Source: Gnetum montanum | Taxonomy: Eukaryota > Plantae > Gnetophyta | Reading direction: 5' to 3' | Length of the DNA stretch: 64,000 bases | Assembly: GCA_015680685.1 (NCBI GenBank) | Contig: MNCI01003059.1 | Coordinates: 464,859-528,858 of the forward strand | Shown here: positions 12,921 through 25,899 of the stretch, piece by piece | Numbering within the stretch: position 1 is the stretch's first letter | Layout: every line of letters begins with the position of its first letter | The notes under the pieces: generated by a model | Seen by the model: only the letters and a program-made list of their open reading frames with translations | Database searches by the model: none | What the model was told of the DNA's origin: nothing | Position numbers and translations under genes: made by a program

Positions 12921-13372
12921 TTAGTTTAAATCCTTGATAGGCCCCATGCCAGTTTAAGGCCATAATGGGGCATGCATTGCTAGTTTAATGCCATAGAGGG
13001 TTGAGGTGGTAGTTTAAGGCCATTCCATGCTGATGGTATTGTGATAGTTTAAGGCTATTTCAGGCCTAATGATAGTTTAAGGCTGTTCCAAGTTGCATAT
13101 TGCTAGTTGAAGGCCATTCTAGGCCATGATGATAGTTTAGGGCCATCCTAGCCATGGATTGTTAGTTTAAGGTCATTTTGAGCTTGGCGATAGTTTAAGG
13201 TTGTTCTAGGCCGTAGTCAAGGGATTAAAAGTGATAGTTTTAGGTCATTATGGGCTGCATATCACTAGTTTAAGGCCATTTTGAGTCATGTTGATAGTTT
13301 AAGGCCATTTTGGGTTATGAATTGCTAATTTAAGGCCATTTTGAGCTATAGAGTTGCCAGTTTAAGGCCATA
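12921..13372 (+). repeat. Degenerate tandem array of ~15 units of ~30 bp, core AGTTTAAGGCCA
   Basis: Cores at ~12951, 12982, 13011, 13046, 13074, 13105, 13134, 13164, 13192, 13237, 13268, 13296, 13328, 13359. Spacing alternates ~28/31 bp. Confidence 0.9.
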
Positions 13373-13699
13373 GCAAGCTAGGTATTGCTATCTCTCTTTT
13401 TGTAATTTTGGCTTTTATGGTTTTTATGCATTTTGATGTTTTTAAAGTAATGACTACAGAAGTGTAAACTAATAAGTAAGTGCATGAACAAAGCAGATAC
13501 CTATGAGAATCAAATAAATAAATGTACAATACAAGCAATTAAGCTAAATGTAAATAACATGCTACCATGCTAATCTAATGCAACACAAATGCAACAGACG
13601 TAGAGAGTATGGTATAAGACATGTATAAATGAATAATGGGTAGGCACCTAGTGTGTTTTGGACTAAGGGGGTACCTTAGTCACATATTTGATTCTTAAC

Positions 13700-14389
13700 T
13701 TAATGTGGGTTAGGAGGTGCATAGGGCCTAAATTGCACTATCTGGTATTCTCCTTGACCCTCACTTGATACGTCAAAGAGCAGCTCTGCCCAAAGGGTGT
13801 CCTCTAGGAGGTCACTAGTTTCCATTACTTCTTCAGGTGTGTCAACCTCATGCATTTCATTGTCTACCATAGGTGAGTCATTAGGAAATTCAATCTCTGA
13901 CCCTTGCTCCATATCTATGTTGTTGATGTCTAGAGGGACAACATTATCACCATGGATGATAACTTCACCACCTACATACGGAAGGTGGATCTCCTGATGA
14001 ATCGAAGAGGAGATAGCTGATAATTGGGCTAGCCAAGGCCTACCTAGTATTAGGTTAAAGCCCAACATCTTCTCTATGATGATAAGTTTGATACTGGTGG
14101 GGAATTTCTCCCCTACTACGAAAGCTATGGTGATCGTGCCCTTGACAATGACACATGACCTATTAAAGGATTTCAGATATGTGCTCTTCATTGGTTTAAC
14201 TTGGTCTACAAGGCCTAGCTTGTTGATGACGATGTATGGTATAACATTTGTTGCTACTCCTTCATCAACATGTACTCTATGAATCTTACATTGTCCAATG
14301 TGTATGGTGATAAACATTGGAGCCGTTATGACCTCACCCTTCTTAGGGTTGACCTTAATTACCTCATTGTGATATGCTAGGGATGTCAA
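13700..14389 (-). pseudogene. Aspartic protease of element B
   Basis: IHRVHVDEGVATNVIPY...FNLILGRPWL, typical Tat-clade retropepsin motifs. Confidence 0.85.
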
Positions 14390-14399
14390 ACTTGATTCC

Positions 14400-17170
14400 T
14401 AGGGTACATGGGGCAACATCATTGTGTGAAAATATTTCTCATCTGCAAGGATGTCCTCCATAATAGGAATGGAGGTCAACATTTGCACCAATTCTTTACG
14501 ATGGGCAGACAAGGTTATGATTAAGTCATACAAGCTCAATGTTGTATTTTTTGCTTGAGCACTTGCTTAACTTGGGCTAATGCATCCACAAATTCATTAC
14601 CATTGGCCATGTTTTTGTTGGTTTTAACTTCCTCCATGCATCCTAAGAGATGGATTTCTCATGGAGGTGACTTTGACCTTGTTTGCTTAGCCTACGTGCT
14701 AGTTGCAATTTGGTTGCAATTAGTGCTTGGTTGCAATTTTCTAGTTGTGGTCTCCTTAATTATTTTGGCCATGGGGATCATAGATATAGGTACTAGCTTT
14801 GATAGATTGAGTGCTCTTTGGTCTTGATGTTGCCTAATCATTCTATTTGCGAGATGTTCATTAGGTCTCCTGGGTCGTCACCTAAAGGATTTGCTACTGT
14901 CACCAGCAAGATTAACCCTTGAATAGGAAGGGACTAATGCATTGGCTGCCATTGGGCTTTGGACAAGTAAAGGGTTAGCACGTTGTGGCACCTTGACAAT
15001 AAAGGGTGGCTGAACTGTTGTTGTCGCAACATGTTGTGGGGCCTTAATCATAAAGGGTGTTGTGGGTGCTTGAGGTAGCACTCTGACAATAAAAGGGAAT
15101 CTCAAACTCATGGGGGCTAATGGAACCCTTGCACTACCATAGGGCACCCAGGACACAAATGGTTGCTACACCAATTTTGGACCATCGTCGACATTGATAG
15201 TGTTTATGATGTAGCTAGCATCATTTGCATTTAGAGGGTAATTGTACACCCTCATGGATTGGTCTTGCAGCTTGATTGGATTTGTAGCATTGAGGACTAG
15301 CTCACCTCTATCGATCATCTTTTGTAGATCATCTTATAGGGATAGGTAGAAGTCTATGCTATGATCGGACAACTGGTGGTAATGGTAGAACTAGTTTAGC
15401 TTAAAATTTGTTGGGACTGGGGGCTCATTTGGTGCCATTAAGACAGATTTTTGAAGCAGCTTGTAGTACCTATCATGTCTTTTATAGGCGTCCTCAAACA
15501 TTTACTTATATTGGATGTGCTTGGCTTTTAATAGTTACTCTAGTAGCTTTGAGGGCTTTAAAGGCAATAAGGTGTACTTGGAGCAATCCTTACGCTTGAA
15601 GTTAGCCCTTTAACTGACTTGCATTGTGGCCACTACAGATGTAGGTGGGTTGGTTGTCTTGGCACTAGGGTTGGTATCTTTGTTGTTGGCTGGGGCTTTG
15701 GGTGGCCTAGCTGTCAGCCCCTAGTTGGTTGCCTTGGCCTCTTTAGCTACCTCTACCACCATTGTAGTTTGTTTCCCTTGTCCTTGTCTCTCCTCACATG
15801 TTGGTTCTTGTATGTGACATAGGTTAGATCCTTACTAGATTCCATCATGTCCTCTATGATCTTAGTTTAGGCGAAGGCTTGGCTTAGGGATTGCAGGCCT
15901 AAGTAGTACAACTTCTACTTTATGAAATCATTAACTGTGCCCTTGAAACTAGCTAAGAGATGTGGCTCAGCTATGGGCTCTCATATTTCATTTAACGAGG
16001 CACTCCATCATTGTATGAATTTTTGAATGGGCTCTAGGTGGCCTTGTTTGACCTACATTAGCTAGTCCAAGGTTGCTTTTAGCTTTAGGTTGTATTTGAA
16101 GCATGTCATGGACTAGCTCAAGATGTCTTCTAGAGATGAGTTAGAGCCTCTAGGTAGTGCATGGTACCAATCTAGTGCTTTGCTAGTTAATGACATGGCA
16201 AACACGTACATGATGGCATGCAGCCATGCTTGCAGTAGCAGGCACATGGACTTAAACATGACCAGATGCATGTTGGAGTCTCCTTCGCCATTGTACTTGG
16301 TGAATTAAGGTAGTGGGACCCTAACTAGTAGAGTTAGAGGTGGAATTGTAGGACTTATAGGGTCATCTTGGTAGAAGTCCACCACTTTGACAATTTTAGA
16401 GGAGGAAACTTTGAGTCACTTCACCTCTTCTATCAATGTTTGGATTAGTTGGAATGCCTAGTCTAAATTTTGAGATGCTCCAGCTGGCTACATTGGTTGT
16501 GCCATCCATTGTGTTGGTTGTGTGGCCCATGACCTAGTTGCAGGTTGCGAAACCACACGAGGTGCTTGATGCATTAGTTGTGTTATAGGGATAATGCAAG
16601 CCATGCATGTGTGGGTTGGACCAATGCTAAGGGCATCAACAAAATAGGTAGGACATAGGGTGCCTGAGTCATTTGGGGCATGGAGACAGGCCTTGCATGA
16701 ACATATGGTTGAGCTGGCATGATTATTGTTGGCAAAGAGGGCTGAGTAGGTTGAGATGATGCCATGAAGGGCAAGTTGAAGGGAGCTATGGCATCATAAT
16801 ACATGTATTTCATTTAACAGGTTGCCACCATAGGCATAGATCTAAGCTGGATGGAGTGGGAAGGTGATGCTGGTGCTATGACTATCTTGGGAAGGATGGG
16901 TGAACTAAATCGAGGGGCCAGACTAGGGATTACTTGTTAGAAGATGGTGGGAAAGGGGGCCTCATGTTCGGAGCAAGCTTCGAACTTGTCCACTTCCTCC
17001 TATAAGGCTTCCTTGTAGTTAGTTCCAATGTTGCACTCACATGTTCAAATGAGATAGGATAATAATCAGTGGTGGGAATTTATGAGTAGGATGATGTTGA
17101 ATGAGGAAGAGATATACTCCCATCCCTCCCTGTGGATTAGTTTAAAGTCTCATTTGCCTCCATGTCAAGG
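14400..17170 (-). pseudogene. gag: gag of element B
   Basis: Minus ~15850-16310: FTKYNGEGDSNMHLVMFKSMC...FAMSLTSKALDWYHALP...VKQG..EPIQKFIQ (Retrotrans_gag). Decayed His/Cys knuckle ~15300-15390. Pro/Gln-rich linkers. Confidence 0.75.
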
Positions 17171-18934
17171 CGAGTTTAGGTAACCCTACTTGGTCCTTTG
17201 CACATATGAACTTGTATTTTTCATTTCTAGACATGGCATACTTTGAGTCTTGATCATGTAGCCTAAGGGATTGCCTTGGCTCGACCATCACGAGATTCGC
17301 AGGGTTGTTGATCCCGATCTCTTATTGAATAGGCAAGATGTCAAGTATGTTTGAAACTAACACCAGAGGTTGATTTGGATTCATGATTGCAAATCAAGTT
17401 GTAAAGGAAAATTGCAAAGATTGTTGGTTGCAAAATACAATGGACCAAGCTAAAACTAACTTTGTTTCAGTTGATACCACTAACTATGCTCTTCACTATG
17501 CTCTCTACTACAGGAAGCTGACTACGCTGTCTATGTTGACTACACTTTCCAGTATAAAGATCTAACTACGCTCTCCATGACAAGGAGCTGTCTACATTAG
17601 AGATGACTACAATTTAACTAAGGACAATGAGAACTTAGGAAAATAGTGGAGACAAGTGTGGTTTGGGGTTGCTACGTGAGTTCTCGGGGGGATTGACTAT
17701 GGGGTCCAATCTACACTGATGGATCAGTGGACAACTACAGTGCAGAGAGCTCATGAAACAACCTTAATAGAGCTTGAAAAAGGGGTTTGGTCCTCCTTCT
17801 AGTGCTAGAAACTATGATGACTAAAAATTTCAGTGGTTGGAACATTGAGGTTGATGGACGAACAACCTAACCTTGAATTCACGCGAGGGCCTGCAAGAGG
17901 TAGAGATGCAATGCCTTAAATGGTCTCATCAATTGAACAAGAACTTATAGGATGCAACTAGGGTGCAATGTGGTTAGCTATGATGCTGATGCGAAATGGT
18001 GCTAAGTGCTCAAGTAGTGTTAATGGTGTTAACGATGTCAATGGGTTGAGTGTAGTTAAGATTTTTGGTGAAAATGAGGGTACCAACATGTGGAGACCAT
18101 CGCCCAAGCATAGTTTTAGGCACGACTATGTGGTGAAATAATGAAAAATGTGAATAAAATGTGAAAATGTAGAGAGAGAGAGAGAAGTGAAAGACCACTA
18201 CAAATGGGGTTGAGCGTAGTTAACACCAAAAGGGGTTAGAAGGTACACAGCGTATTATAGGCATAGTGGACAACATAGTCATAGTATCAAGGGTGTTGAG
18301 CTATAAAGATTGGTGTTCCACCGAGATGTCCATGTTTGCTGGGTTGGTTGCCATAGTGTATCGTGGGCTACGATATTTTGGTGGACTGTGGTGGGCTATG
18401 GTGATTTTCAACTTCACCAATACACCTTCGGTTCTCTCCCAAGTGCTCCTTAGATTTGCCAAGTCTTTGGTTTGCTAACTTTTGAACTCTGAAATTTGCT
18501 AACTGTTGAAATTTTACCTACCCTGAAAATGTTGAGGGCATGAGTATTTATAAGCTTAGGGTTAGCAAAAGATGCAGGATGGTTGCCACTTGGCAAAGGG
18601 GACGGTTGGGACTACAGTCTCATCCAACTACGCTCTCCACTGGGACAAGTGGTGTTATGCTTGGCTGTGCTCTGCCAGACTTTGCAAGATTATAAGATTG
18701 TGACTATGCTACCAATTACATGTGTGTGTCGAGAAGACTATAAGGGTACCTAAAAAATTGCAATTTTGGAGACTACGCTTTCCACTATCTTACATGGGGT
18801 TGAGCATAGTTACAAATCTGGGGCCAAAAAGGGGATACACAAAGAAGCATTTTGCTAACTATGCTTGCTAAAGATGAGTTGGAGTTGAGCTGAGTGACAT
18901 TGCTACACTATGGAGGCCACTAGAGGCTATTCTT

Positions 18935-19510
18935 GTTGACTATGCTTGACTATGCTCTAGACTAGGGGAGAGCGTAGTCTCACACTTAGAAAAAATTGAA
19001 GAAAAAAATAGTCTCCATGTTGGCTATGCTCTCCACTAGAAGCTGACTATGCTCCCAACTGGGGGTGAGCGTAGTTCCAGGACTTGTCCAAAGTTGTGAA
19101 AACCTGCTCTTTTATTGACTATCTCCACTGGAGGCTGACTACGCTCCCAATTGGGGGCAAGCGTAGTTCCGAGACTTGTTAAAACTTGTGAAAACCTATC
19201 CTTTTGCTAACTACGCTCTCCACTAGAGGCTGACTATGCTTTGGGGTAGTGGAGAGTGTAGTCCCAATACTGAAAAAAAATTTAGCGACTAGCTTTGTGC
19301 TAACACTTAGAAAAAATTGTAAAACTAGCTTTAGTGTTGACTACACTCTCCACAAGAGGCTAACTACGCTCTCAACTCAGGGTGAGCATAGTCTCAACAC
19401 TTAGAAAAATTTGTAAAAATTGGCCTCCCATGTTGACTTCGCTCTCCACTAGGGGCTGCCTATGCTCTAGGCCAGTGGAGAGCATAGTTCCAATAGTTAG
19501 AAAAATTGTA
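18935..19510. repeat. ~95-bp tandem repeats (about 6) in the U3 of the element B LTR; each has two ACTACGCTC motifs and one inverted GAGCGTAGT
   Basis: Units begin near 18938, 19021, 19116, 19208, 19337 and 19433, e.g. gactacgctctccactagaggctgactacgctc...gagcgtagt. Confidence 0.85.
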
Positions 19511-21488
19511 GTTGGGATGCCGTAGTCCAAATTTGGTGGTGTTTCAATGATAACTTAGATAATGTAGAAGAACATCTACTGTGGAGATACAACATAAAAT
19601 ATTGGGCTCAATGATATAAAAATGCTTAGAAAATTTATGAAGAGCATTCTTTTGATATGAAGATAAATTTTTTGAAGTTTCTTTAGTTTTCAAGTATTGT
19701 ATGATGTCTTAGTATTGTTCATTTTCTTCTAAGTTAACTAAGCCAATGTGTTGTGTATTTTTGAGAGTGATTGGTATGTATTATGTTGAGTGACTTCTTA
19801 GGCACTCAAGAAAAATGTGATCTACAAGAAGAGTAACAGTAGCTAATGCATTTGCAAGCATGTTTTCTAAGCGATGGGATGCATGACTAAGCATTCATTG
19901 AACTTAGAAACCAAATTGTTGGATAAGATTATATAGTTTTTGTTAAAATTTTTTGCCATGTTATCATAGCCATAGGAAAAGATAATAAATTTTTTTGATA
20001 GTGTTACAATGATGGAATTCTTAATAACATCAAGAAAATTTATCCCAAGTTGCAGGATCTATTTCTCATTTTGGTGATTAGTAATAGCAAGTTTTACAAG
20101 AGGGTCATTGCTTAGGATGGGCTTATGGTCGAGAAAGGTAAGGATAGCTTGGAAAATAAAGTCCTCATTTATGATGTCTAACCTACAAAGTTATAGAAAA
20201 AGCATGAGGAGAAAGTTATGATGTCCTCATTTATGGTCGAGTTAGGGTCCATAACCTACAAAGCATGAGGGGAAATGATGGTTATAACGGAAAAATAAAA
20301 TAAAATATCAGAGTTATAGAAAAATTCACAAGTTGAGTGGAAACTAAGTACAAAGAAAAGAGATAGATTTTTCATATTTTAAAGTTAATCTTTACATGAA
20401 ATTTTAAGTTGGGGAAGATTTGGAAGCCTTATTGACAAGTTTGAGTGAATTCAAAGGCATCTTGGAATCTTTGTGAGGCATTTTAGGTATTGAGGCTAGA
20501 GGTCATGCATCAATCTAATGTGGTGGTGTGGATTTTGCATTAATGTCACTTGGAGGATGCATGACTTCACATCAACTTGAGAAAAAAAAAGTAAAAGTGA
20601 GATAAAAGAAAGGGATCAAAGAAAAAGTAGGGGGACCATTTGAGCATTTTTTTTTCATTTTCATTGCTCGTGATTTGTGATTTGGCTTGTTGCTTAGGCT
20701 TAGAGATGGCATCATGTGTCGAGAAGAGAAGGAGTGGAGGATAAAATGAGGAGGTAGGTGGATCCTTTTGGGGGATATGTGGGTAGGAAGGAGACACTAG
20801 GGAGGGATCCAACTTTACACTAGCATCACCTAGGTGAGTGGTCCTTGTGCCCAGCTCTTTTGTTACTTTTTTATCTGTTAAAGGGCATGGGAAGTATGCC
20901 TTTGGTACCAACGTGTGAACTATCTATATGTCGATAGTAGTCATGTGGGTCATGGTGCATCATCACTAGTGGTAGTGTTGACCATGCCATTGTTAACAAT
21001 GGTAATGGTCATGATACAAGCTTATGCTAGTGATGGTAGTAATAGTATTGGTGTTTTCCAAGTGAGGAAAGAAGAGGATTTCATTAAGGATTTTGGTGAT
21101 GAAGGAAGGATGAGAAAGGATAGGAGTGAGAGGTAGATCTAACTGATTTGTAATGTGGGTGGATACATTAGGATTTGAGAGACTTGGTCATGGTAGTTGA
21201 GGCCAGTTATGGCACTCTCATGCATAGGAGTGGGTAGGATGGTGCTAGATTGATGCTTAGGATTAAAAAAGTTACAACTTTTTTCATTGTACATGGTGTT
21301 TCAAATGGTAAGGGCCAAGCGATGAAGCATGGGCTATATGTTCAAGAGGAAGAAGAATTGATGGACGATGTGATGTTATGAAGTAGCTTGCATCAAAGTA
21401 GAATGTAGGGTAGTATTTTCTTTAAGAAAAAAGAAAAAAATTAGTTTGCTATTGCTATGTTGTGGGGGTGGGGGAGGGATGGAGGGAA

Positions 21489-21490
<2 letters not shown>

Positions 21491-21539
<49 letters not shown>
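21491..21539 (+). repeat. (GA)n microsatellite adjoining an assembly gap
   Basis: Direct reading. Confidence 0.95.
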
Positions 21540-22184
21540 NNNNNNNNNNNNNNNNNNNNNNNNNNNNNNNNNNNNNNNNNNNNNNNNNNNNNNNNNNNNN
21601 NNNNNNNNNNNNNNNNNNNNNNNNNNNNNNNNNNNNNNNNNNNNNNNNNNNNNNNNNNNNNNNNNNNNAGCGTGAAATTAAAATGCCATAGGGGCACTAT
21701 CCTTTATTTTTTAAAAAATTAAATTAATTAAATTTTTTATTATTATGAAAAAAGGTTGGAAAAGAGGAACACAAGGCTTAGTTTTAAGGGGATGATGCTA
21801 GTGCATCAACATCACTTGCGTATAGATAGTGTAGGAAGCAAGCATCCTGTGTGAGTGGGATGCTGGAAAAGAAAGTTATGGGAGAATGACCAAATGCTAA
21901 GAAGAAAAGTAGGGAAGGTTGGAAATTTATGAAGTACTAGAAAAAACCAAAAATTAACTAAGTGTTGTTAAGCAAAGAAAACTAGAAATTTTGGATTAAG
22001 TGTTGAAAATGGGAAAAATAAATCCAAAGTTTGGCTAAGCGCTGAAGAGACTATGAAATTGAAAATTTAGCTAAGTGCTGAATCTTAATATTTAATTATT
22101 GTTGTCCATGCTCTCACATCTATATCTTTGCCTTCACCTATGGATACTAACTTGTCATTTATTTTCTTGTTATGTAGGAACAAC

Positions 22185-22660
22185 ATGATTCCTAGACTAT
22201 TGGTGATTGACTTAATGTATTTCCTAATTTGTGATGTGGGTGTTTCGATCATTGGAATATCTAAGAGGGTAAAAGCTCTTCTAATAGGTGATGATTAGTC
22301 TCTCTATCCTTTTCAAATGTGGGCTCATTCTGAAGCTAGATGTTTCATGGAGTTTTACATTGAACATATTTATGTACTCATGTGAATCTTGTTGCACCTA
22401 CTTATAGTCTCCCATGCTTTTGAGAGGATCTATCTAGGTATGTGCATGAGAATATTAGGATGTGTGATCTAGAAGAACATTGATGTACATACCTTTTTGG
22501 ATGATGATTGTAGAACTAGAGATGTCTAGTGGAAGGAATTAGACTACTTGTGGAGGTATCATCCTTACAAGTAGTTTAATGTAGACTCAACTTTGTTGCT
22601 AGATCCTTGATGGGTTCAAAGCCTATTTAATCTTGCAGGAATGCATATCATAGTGTCTAG
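22185..22660 (+). pseudogene. Decayed exon resembling an FCP1/NIF (HAD-like phosphatase) domain
   Basis: After acceptor tgtag (22177): MIPRLLVIDLM...FMEFYIEHIYVLM*...WKELDYLW...FNVDSTLLLDP*WVQSLFN. This parallels the plant NIF-domain motifs LLVLDLNG / FLKFCFERFEVGIW / KELKKLW / NTLLIDDSPYKALLNP. Confidence 0.45.
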
Positions 22661-25600
22661 GTAGTTTGACATGAATTCTCAATTATGTGCTAATTTTTCT
22701 AAGTGTTGGATCCTATTTATGATTTTTACTATTAATGATATAACTTGGTATTCTATGTGCTTAGAGATTTGAGAACCTAGATTGAGAGGATACTTATTTA
22801 GAGATGCTAGAGTGGATGCTTTATGAGGTTGCACTGGAGGATAATTGGCACCCCATAGTTTTCACTTATTTCTTTGATGAGAGTGATTGAGGTAGGAAGC
22901 ACAGGTGATATGGAGCCTTGCAATGATCAGGTTTGGTGCATATACTTCATGAGAGGTTGGATTTGGGATTAAGGGAGGAATGACCTAAGGGGTCATTGAT
23001 TGGTGCCTAAAAGTACCTTAGATAATGTTACATTAATTTCTCAAGTTCACGTTTGATCTCATATGTTCATGCTTACCTTTTATCTTATACTCTTAGTTTG
23101 ACTACATGTGGGGATATGTGTTCATTTTTTATTGTCTTATACTCTTAGTTTGACTACATGTGGTAGATAAAATCTAGAACTTGAATGTTGGGTATATTTA
23201 GCATAGGAACATTAAGAAGTGATACTTATAAGCTAATATTCATAACATTCTTGTTGGTCACGTGTGGCTAGTAAGTGGGCTTGAAAGGAAGTACCTTCCT
23301 ATCTTGGCACAAGTAGGGCTAGTGCCTCTCTTTACATTGAGATCTTCGAACATTTTATCCATGGAATTGATTGCCATGATAAAATTTTATTCAAGCTAGC
23401 ATTGGTTGTTGTGTTTTAAGTTCATGAAAAAGATGTGATTTTGCCTGTAAACCAAGATTCATTAAGACATTAGTTTGATTTTTCCAATGAAGGTTGTTTG
23501 ATACAAGGCTGTAATAAGTTATATATCATTGATTAGTGATGAGTGTAGTATGGCGATAGAGATCATAACATTAATAAGTGTGAAAATCATGATCTAGTAG
23601 AGATGTTTTACCTTTTCATTAAGAGGTTTTTTTTGTTAGAATATTAGGAAAAGGAGAGATGCCTCTCCTCTATGGCTCACAGTTATCTACAATGCCATGA
23701 TGCAAGATATTCGTTATGATTAGGTAGGCTACTTGGATGAAAATGTGTCTACTGAGTTGGAAAATATGAACATTGTTGATGGTGAGAGCTACAAGAACTC
23801 TGTGAATTTTATTTTTTACTATGATATGTTGCTATGCTTCATGAAGCTGTTAGCCTATAGTGATCATTAAAAGGGGAAGGTTCTTAAAGAGAAGAACTTC
23901 CCTTGCCCACTTTGTTAGCATATTACTAGCATCATGATGACTCTACCTAGTGCCTTAGGTAGATCATTGGAGTAGCATCCTCATTGGAAGAGGATGTTGT
24001 TAAGTATTTAGTGCTTAATAGTATAGGATTACCCATGAAGTGCTCTGTTCATGGGAATCTTGTGCAAGGAGCGAAGGTAATTAGAGAAAGTACCTTGGGT
24101 ACATAGGAGGAGGATAGGTTGTAAAGAGGGTTATAGTTGATGCTATTGAGTTTGTTGATACCTACGACTCATAGGAAAAGCTATTGCAAGTAGAGGCTTC
24201 TAAGGTTGCATAACAATTAGGTAAGTTAGAAGAATTTATATTTGCTTTTGATCTTAGGATTTTTATATTTTTAGTATTTTTGGTATTTTATATTTTTATG
24301 ATTCATACTTTTTCATTCTTAAAATTTTTTATTGAGTTTTAATCTCTACTAATTGTGGTGATGATTAATAGTTGCAATGAAGGCCAAGAAGAAAGTCAAA
24401 AGGAAGACTTTAGCTAAGGTAGTGGAGGAGAAGAAGAAGAAGAAAGAGGGTGATGGAAGAACCTAGGAGGAAGTAGAGATGAAAGAATGAGAGGAATTAG
24501 AAATAAAAGATAAGGAAGAAGAAGAGTAGTGGGCTTTGGACGGAGTTGAGGCAAGGAAGAAAGAGATAATGGAAGAGGAAGTGGAGAGGACAAAGAACAA
24601 TGCCTTAGCGAATGAGCTCTTTGGGAAAGAGTTATATTTTGATTTATAAGATGATAGTAAGATTTCAAACTATTTGGTTTTGATAAGAGTGTGATTTTTA
24701 TACAAGCGTGATTTAGGATATTTATTAAATAGTTGCTATCTAGTTCAGTAGCTGGATAACATAGATATGGATAGGATACCATCATCCTCTTTCAAGATCA
24801 TTGAGTTCCCACCTCTAGAGGAGCACATATCAAAAAAGAATAGGAAGAAGTGGCTAGAAGAGAAGTTAAACTAAAAGGAGCCTTTGTCTTTTGGTAACTT
24901 AACAATGTTATTTCAATTGTTGATTATTTTTATCATGGCTAATTTTGTTTATGATTTATGAATTTATATTTATATTTATGTTTACATCAATTCTAAGTAA
25001 TTTATACTCTATATTAGAATACACCTAATTTCAACTTGTCTTTTCAATGGAATTCTAGGATGAGACATGAATGATTCTTTTCCAAACGTAATAACTTCAA
25101 AATCCATCTTGTTTTAGACATAAATTTGAAACACGAAAGATTTGCAATAGAATTTCCCATTAATTTCTAGTTGCAAATGTTAATCCTAGTTTTGTTCTTG
25201 AATGCTTGCACTCTTCATTAGATTAAATTTGGAATTATAACTTAGTTAGACACATGACATCTTTTATTTGAATTTTAACTTGTCATAAACATAAATGATT
25301 TGTAAAACATGGATATTACAAAATAGACTTCTTATGAGACATATTATCTTTTATTTTATTATCACCCAAGATCATTACAATAATGAATAAAAGAGAAATG
25401 CACTCAATTTAACTCATTTCAATGGTAATTATAACATGATGGGTTCTAATGTGACAAGTTAGGTCTATAGGACTTTAGTTGAGGGAATTTTTTGTTTATC
25501 ACATGTACTAGATTACATGGCTTGCTCATCGATCATTAATATTACTTACTAGGTTAAATATTACATTGACACTACTATTGTCTTTGTTGATTAAGGTTTT

Positions 25601-25899
25601 TTTATTGCATTATACTAGGTTTTTCTTAATTTCGTATGAGATTGTAGATAGTATCCAACTTCTCTATTATCATTCTCAAAATGTACATAACCTATTCTAC
25701 ATAAAGATTGAGAAGTAGACTCTATTTTTGATTACTTGGTTGATTTGCACTTAACATATGATGCTCGAGTGTTTCATCGATTATAGTTTTTGAAGACATC
25801 AATTTCTCATGAATTGTCTTCATATGTTACAAGATTTATTTCATTCTTTTTAACCTTTTGCCAATTATCTTGTTACTTATCTTAATTTATACATAATAT

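Larger units (their letters stand above)
6939..13674 (-). other. Putative ~6.7 kb intron between protease and RT in element B
   Basis: Minus-strand donor ACTAAG|GTAC at 13674, just after the protease ORF. Acceptor cttaac...tttttctagtttatttttgcag| at 6939, just before the pre-RT coding region. Ogre elements are known to have an intron at this position. Confidence 0.6.
3732..19520 (-). mobile_element. Tat/Ogre-like Ty3/gypsy retrotransposon (element B), decayed; 3' end interrupted by element A; 5' LTR boundary approximate
   Basis: Domain order on minus: gag (~14400-17170), protease (13700-14389), RT (~5870-6700), RNase H, extra archaeal-type RNase H (GDSQLVV at ~5230-5250), integrase. LTR-like region with TATA on minus at ~18546. 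Confidence 0.8.

Noticed and set aside
12921-13372. CRISPR-like look (constant core plus variable spacers)
   Set aside because: The core is only ~12 bp, linkers are mutually related, there are no cas genes, and the context is a eukaryotic TE; it is a degenerate minisatellite.
18081-18100. Possible PBS of element B (minus tggtctccacatgttggta)
   Set aside because: Too decayed to assign a tRNA or to fix the LTR boundary.
19550-21440. Possible DNA-transposon or exon relics
   Set aside because: No diagnostic motif could be read by eye; left unannotated.
24414-24785. 123-aa Leu/Ser/Pro-rich minus-strand ORF
   Set aside because: Antisense shadow of a purine-rich K/E-coding block on the plus strand.
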